Positions 15,457 through 19,209 of a stretch of 19,209 nucleotides of DNA are shown one piece after another; position 1 is the stretch's first letter, and the number at the start of each line of letters is the position of its first letter. Position numbers and translations under genes: made by a program. The stretch is taken from IMG/VR virus record IMGVR_UViG_3300032327_000093, positions 69,215 through 88,423 of that record. One strand, given 5' to 3'. The notes under the pieces are model-generated. The model made no database searches. It saw nothing but the letters and a program-made list of their open reading frames with translations, and had not been told where the DNA came from. The stretch comes from a virus. Lineage: Duplodnaviria > Heunggongvirae > Uroviricota > Caudoviricetes.

Positions 15457-15722
15457 GTAATATTTCAAAAGATTTTCAAGATTATGATGACGATGATCCA
15501 CAAGTTCATTTCAGGAAGAATCGTTGGAAGTACTGGAACCTGCTTAAGTTAGTAAGAACTGAATTCATGGTAGATAGAAAAGAGTTTGATGCTTATCTTT
15601 TTGAATCATATATCCAAGATAAGTATGGCATAAAGATGAACATGCTTGATGGAAACATTACTGATGGTTACGAGATTGTAGATGAACATAAGTATTTGAT
15701 ATTCTTGTTGAGGTTTCAATGA
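15453..15722 (+). CDS. LRW-family small paralogue 6 (divergent)
   Basis: GTGA overlap (alternative ATG 15447); YIQDKYG ... EIVDEHKYLIFLLRFQ. Confidence 0.7.
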   Translation: MSNISKDFQDYDDDDPQVHFRKNRWKYWNLLKLVRTEFMVDRKEFDAYLFESYIQDKYGIKMNMLDGNITDGYEIVDEHKYLIFLLRFQ

Positions 15723-15952
15723 GCGATACAGATTGGGAAAACATCAAGTCAGGATGGTATGAACTAGTTATCAAACTTGGTGAACATGACACAACATTTT
15801 CACAAAGGAGAGAGATAGTAGATTGGATAATCACAAACATACAAAAACCAGATAGACATTGTGTATATACTTGGGTATATGATGAGGTTTGGTTATTCAA
15901 AGTCAAATTTAGATACGAGCGTGATTATATTTTAGCAAGATTAAGATGGTAA
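15719..15952 (+). CDS. LRW-family small paralogue 7
   Basis: ATGA overlap; IVDWIITNI ... VKFRYERDYILARLRW. Confidence 0.75.
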   Translation: MSDTDWENIKSGWYELVIKLGEHDTTFSQRREIVDWIITNIQKPDRHCVYTWVYDEVWLFKVKFRYERDYILARLRW

Positions 15953-15953
15953 T

Positions 15954-16229
15954 ATGGCAATAACAACATACACAGAACAATTCAGACAAGCATTTCCCAC
16001 TGCCGCAGACTCACTTTGCCGTGACAGTAAATCTAAATCTGGACACAAAACAGTCTATCGTAGAGATTGTAGATATCATAAAGAAGATCCGTCTATCATT
16101 GTAAAATGGATGAGAAGAAATTTTGGTGAAAGACACCAAGGATGGGACTTCTCCTTAGTTGGAGGATGTGTTACAATAGAGTTGTGGGATGATAAATTTA
16201 TAACAATGTATGAAATGTGGCAAACATAA
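15954..16229 (+). CDS. Probable LRW-family paralogue 8 (divergent tail)
   Basis: IVKWMRRNFG ... IELWDDKFITMYEMW. Confidence 0.65.
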   Translation: MAITTYTEQFRQAFPTAADSLCRDSKSKSGHKTVYRRDCRYHKEDPSIIVKWMRRNFGERHQGWDFSLVGGCVTIELWDDKFITMYEMWQT

Positions 16230-16453
16230 TGGAAAAGCGTGAAAAACATCAGAAGCGAAACACTTGGAGAATACTCAAGGAACTAGAACCTATACAATCA
16301 CTATCATGTAGATTAGGTTGGCATAAATGGACTAACTGGGAGGTATGGGATGAAATATGGTCAAACGGAAGTGTTAGCCATGCAACATGCTACTGTGCAA
16401 AATGCGGTATGCCTAGGATCGAACAACCCTATAGTAAAAGTAAAAAAGGATAA
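16229..16453 (+). CDS. Small Cys/His protein (CRLGWHKW ... CxCxxC), DUF1660-like
   Basis: TAATG overlap gives the start at 16229; the C-x-L-G-x-H-K-W motif resembles the DUF1660 prophage family. Confidence 0.6.
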   Translation: MEKREKHQKRNTWRILKELEPIQSLSCRLGWHKWTNWEVWDEIWSNGSVSHATCYCAKCGMPRIEQPYSKSKKG

Positions 16454-16455
16454 AC

Positions 16456-17004
16456 ATGGCAGATATAATGATAGACATTGAATCACTTGATACAACACCA
16501 GATTGTGTGATTCTTACAATTGGCGCAGTATTGTTTGATCCTAGAGGTCAAGGAATCATTGACAAGATTGAGATTAGACCTACGATTGAGGATCAAACAG
16601 AGATTTATAATCGTAGTATCAATGAAGCAACATTAGAATGGTGGAGTAAACAAAATCCAGAGGCTATCGAAGAAGCTATGGGTGACAGAGACCGTGTATC
16701 GTTCAAAGAGGCAATGGATCAATTGTATAAGTTTTGTTGGAATCATGGTAAACCGTGGAGTCATGGAGCTCCATTTGACATTGTTGCTATGGAACATGCT
16801 TGGAGACAATTTGATCAATTAGCACCCTGGCCCTATTATAATGTTAGAGATACACGAACATTGTTTGATATTGCTGGTGTCAGTCTTAAAGACGGTGGAC
16901 ATGTAACGAGTCACAAAGCAGTAGAAGATGCTGAAAGACAAGCTATTGTGGTGCAACAAGCGTATGTGAAATTAATGAAAGCAGGATTGGTTCAACCACG
17001 ATGA
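16456..17004 (+). CDS. DEDDh 3'-5' exonuclease (T4 DexA / Rv2179c-like)
   Basis: MIDIESL (ExoI), WSHGAPFDI (ExoII), RDTRT, HKAVEDA (ExoIII). Confidence 0.85.
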   Translation: MADIMIDIESLDTTPDCVILTIGAVLFDPRGQGIIDKIEIRPTIEDQTEIYNRSINEATLEWWSKQNPEAIEEAMGDRDRVSFKEAMDQLYKFCWNHGKPWSHGAPFDIVAMEHAWRQFDQLAPWPYYNVRDTRTLFDIAGVSLKDGGHVTSHKAVEDAERQAIVVQQAYVKLMKAGLVQPR

Positions 17005-17612
17005 GAATAGATAGTGATATTGACATTGATTTTGCCGATAGATCAGAGATGTTGCTGCATATAAAACATACCAATGCGGCAATGCGTAATGTCAATCCTA
17101 TTCGTAAACATGCTACTGGTGTTTATGTCACTCCTATCCCCTATGACCCTGTGCTTGACATAGCAAGCATTGACTATACAGTAGCAGAGAAGCGTGGTTA
17201 TTTCAAACTTGACCTATTGAATGTTCATGTATATGAGAACGTCCGTGACGAGCAACATCTAAATGAGTTAATGGTTGAACCTGATTGGAGTAAATTAAAA
17301 GACAAGAGTTTTGTTGAGAAACTTATTCACTTGAACAATCAGTATTACAACATAGAAAAGATGCCAGAACCTATAGATAGTATCCCAAGATTAGCTATGT
17401 TTCTAGCAGTTATTCGTCCCGGTAAGAAACATTTGATAGGTAAAACTTGGAGTGAGATCAATAAAACTGTCTGGGATAAGGGAACTGACGGATATGTGTT
17501 TAAGAAAGCACATGCGATTGCGTATGCTCAATTAGTTGTGGTTCATATGAACCTGTTAGGGCATTCGTTTGACGAGGGTGATACTACGGCGTTTACTACG
17601 GCGCTTACTTAA
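17001..17612 (+). CDS. Miniature DnaE (family C polymerase alpha subunit)-like protein
   Basis: SDIDIDF, RKHATGVYV, GYFKLDLLNV, FLAVIRPG and YVFKKAHAIAY occur in the same order as the DnaE motifs. Confidence 0.8.
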   Translation: MRIDSDIDIDFADRSEMLLHIKHTNAAMRNVNPIRKHATGVYVTPIPYDPVLDIASIDYTVAEKRGYFKLDLLNVHVYENVRDEQHLNELMVEPDWSKLKDKSFVEKLIHLNNQYYNIEKMPEPIDSIPRLAMFLAVIRPGKKHLIGKTWSEINKTVWDKGTDGYVFKKAHAIAYAQLVVVHMNLLGHSFDEGDTTAFTTALT

Positions 17613-17936
17613 TTCATTCATGCTACATATTGGACCATGAACAATAACTAGACTTTTGTTATTGAAGGTCCTAAGATAAGGTCTAAACATAGACCATTCA
17701 TTTTTTAAGAACAAATTGATAGGTATAAGTCTGTTACTTTCCCACCACCATACTTCACCTAGTTCTAAAAACTTCTCTTTTATGTCATTGTCTACTATGG
17801 ATCCATAGTCGTAGATGGTAGTCACCATGTCATCACGGTTTTGAACTATTCCAACATAATCTTGGTTGGCATACGAACACACAGTTATGAAAGGGTGATT
17901 CTGAGTTAAGCGATTGAAAAATTCGTTTTGGATCAT
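17556..17936 (-). CDS. Conserved phage hypothetical protein (HPFIT...EYVGI..N.D...T..YD; WWWESNR.IPIN.FL)
   Basis: The only credible minus-strand gene; preceded by a GATAAATA late-type element; overlaps the DnaE-like ORF convergently by 57 nt. Confidence 0.8.
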   Translation of the reverse strand: MIQNEFFNRLTQNHPFITVCSYANQDYVGIVQNRDDMVTTIYDYGSIVDNDIKEKFLELGEVWWWESNRLIPINLFLKNEWSMFRPYLRTFNNKSLVIVHGPICSMNELSKRRSKRRSITLVKRMP

Positions 17937-17953
17937 TATTATAGTGAACAGCT

Positions 17954-17961
17954 TATTTATC
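17954..17961 (-). promoter_or_regulatory. Late-type promoter GATAAATA (minus strand)
   Basis: + strand TATTTATC; 17 nt upstream of the minus-strand ATG at 17936. Confidence 0.55.
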
Positions 17962-17994
17962 GGGTAACCAAAGTTAATTAAATTAATATATTAG

Positions 17995-18002
17995 ACTAAA
18001 TA
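17995..18002 (+). promoter_or_regulatory. Late-type promoter variant ACTAAATA
   Basis: Divergent from the minus-strand element; followed by AGGAG (18009-18013) and GTG 18023. Confidence 0.45.
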
Positions 18003-18022
18003 TGTCATAGGAGCCTACATTT

Positions 18023-18787
18023 GTGTATTCAACATCAGTATTTTATTACGTTCAGCGCAACATTGTCGTGCTATTGTCAGGCTATTCACCGAGGAGATAT
18101 ATGCCAGTCTACGCAAAACCATTAACTTTACATAAGGGAGTTGATAATCAGATCCAGTTTCAGTTCTTAAATCAGGAACAAAAACCCATAGATATTACTG
18201 GGAAAAGCATCACTTGCCGTATATTAAACTATGAAGGCAATCAAGTTCTGATACAAAAAGCATTAACATTACAGTTTGCAGCTACTGGTATCTGTGCATT
18301 ATTTCTAAATGCAGCAGACCTTGAGAATATCGAGGCTCAAAAATGCTATTACACATTAGAAATTCCAGTTAACGAGTTTGACTTCCCTGTATTTGTAGAC
18401 CAAAATGCAGGTGCTCGTGGTGTGATGAATATCGTCAATAGTGTATTACCTAACTTTGTTCCATCATATAGTATCACTATCCCGACTGGACAAGCATTCC
18501 CTAACAGTCACGGGTCTAACGGAAGCAGCTTGACATACACTACAAGCGTACTAAGCACCAACAACAATCCAATACTAACTATCCAAACAGAATATATTGA
18601 ATTCTATGGAAACACGACCATTCAAGGTAGCAGTATTGTAGATAACGATTGGTATGATATTGTGACCACAGAAGAAGTATCTAATGTTACACAAACGGTT
18701 GGATATGTTATACAAGGATTTCATCCTTATATCCGCATGCAATTCACTAGCAATGCGGGCGCAGTAACCAATATATTGACCAGATAA
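18023..18787 (+). CDS. Putative virion structural protein with a BppU-like N-terminal beta domain
   Basis: GTG start with AGGAG RBS; L.LHKGVDN.I.FQFLNQEQKP.DITG pattern resembles BppU N-terminal Ig-like domains; T/S/N-rich (inference). Confidence 0.6.
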   Translation: MYSTSVFYYVQRNIVVLLSGYSPRRYMPVYAKPLTLHKGVDNQIQFQFLNQEQKPIDITGKSITCRILNYEGNQVLIQKALTLQFAATGICALFLNAADLENIEAQKCYYTLEIPVNEFDFPVFVDQNAGARGVMNIVNSVLPNFVPSYSITIPTGQAFPNSHGSNGSSLTYTTSVLSTNNNPILTIQTEYIEFYGNTTIQGSSIVDNDWYDIVTTEEVSNVTQTVGYVIQGFHPYIRMQFTSNAGAVTNILTR

Positions 18788-18788
18788 T

Positions 18789-18817
18789 TTGCTTTAGTGT
18801 TTCTATTGTGTTACAAT
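18789..18817 (+). promoter_or_regulatory. sigma70-type promoter for the primase
   Basis: TTGCTT-17-TACAAT with extended TG at 18809-18810. Confidence 0.6.
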
Positions 18818-18823
18818 CAATAG

Positions 18824-19209
18824 ATGTTTGATATCCTGTCTATATTACCTGGTAAAAAGAAACAAACAAGTTCAGGTTGGACTAGCTTTAATGCTATCTG
18901 TTGTACCCACTTTGGTCACAGACAAGATAAACGTATGCGAGGTGGAATCAAGTTTGATGGCAGTAACTGGAGTATGCATTGTTTCAATTGCGGGTTCAAG
19001 TGTAACTTTGTATTAGGTCGGTCAATCAGTCAAAAAACTCGCAGTCTGTTAATATGGTCTGGGATTGATGAGCATCAAGTTAAGCGTTGGAGTTTAGAAA
19101 GTTTACAACAAAAAGACTTGATAGACTTTACACAGCCAAAGAAACAAAAGATAAAAATCAAGTTCAATGACCACAATCTACCCGAAGGTGAGATTGTTGA
19201 TGTGAATAA
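18824..19209 (+). CDS. gp61-like DNA primase, N-terminal zinc-binding domain, 3'-truncated (absent from the ORF track)
   Basis: Hand translation: MFDILSILPGKKKQTSSGWTSFNAICCTHFGHRQDKRMRGGIKFDGSNWSMHCFNCGFK...; open to the window end. Confidence 0.8.
   Translation, partial: MFDILSILPGKKKQTSSGWTSFNAICCTHFGHRQDKRMRGGIKFDGSNWSMHCFNCGFKCNFVLGRSISQKTRSLLIWSGIDEHQVKRWSLESLQQKDLIDFTQPKKQKIKIKFNDHNLPEGEIVDVN

Noticed and set aside
4805-16228. Track start positions 4805, 6926, 7270, 7651, 8618, 12163, 12734, 13465, 14458, 14679, 15002 and 16217
   Set aside because: Each extends through an upstream gene or promoter. Downstream starts with an RBS or a stop/start overlap fit better.
166-16818. The many short minus-strand and off-frame ORFs in the track (for example 434-658, 1262-1615, 7088-7426, 11215-11583, 13914-14174, 14858-15193)
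   Set aside because: They lie wholly within better-supported + strand genes and have no RBS, promoter or motifs; treated as shadow ORFs.
17020-17025. TTGACA inside the DnaE-like gene as a further array promoter
   Set aside because: It is the coding sequence of the D-I-D motif, lacks the shared spacer, and has no TATAAT 17 nt downstream.
1-19209. Alternative genetic code (stop-codon reassignment)
   Set aside because: Recognisable genes are full length in code 11, and TAA, TGA and TAG all end genes at sensible positions.
1-19209. tRNA, rRNA, reverse transcriptase/DGR or transposase
   Set aside because: No intergenic gap shows a cloverleaf, and no ORF has RT or DDE transposase motifs that I could see.

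Overview
This window looks like part of a large, AT-rich T4-like (Tevenvirinae-related, probably environmental or freshwater) phage genome, read almost entirely on the + strand in the standard genetic code. Core genes, in order: a 5'-truncated acidic putative head protein, gp32-like SSB, UvsX, UvsY, an AAA+ ATPase, UvsW, a degenerate Hint-like protein, a gp62-like clamp-loader small subunit, a zinc-finger protein, a DEDDh 3'-5' exonuclease, a roughly 200-aa miniature DnaE-like protein, a BppU-like structural protein and a 3'-truncated gp61-like primase. Three accessory structures stand out. (1) At 5722-9023 there is a cassette array with eight near-identical sigma70 promoter+RBS units, and in all eight the TGA inside the -35 TTGACA is the stop codon of the preceding gene. 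(2) At 13415-14286 a free-standing GIY-YIG/NUMOD3 endonuclease lies between two diverged copies of the last 17 codons of its upstream gene and carries its own upstream and downstream promoters. (3) At 14240-16229 eight small, translationally coupled paralogues end in an F-x-L-R-W motif whose codons also form the next gene's ribosome-binding site. All family assignments come from motif recognition by eye; no database search was run.
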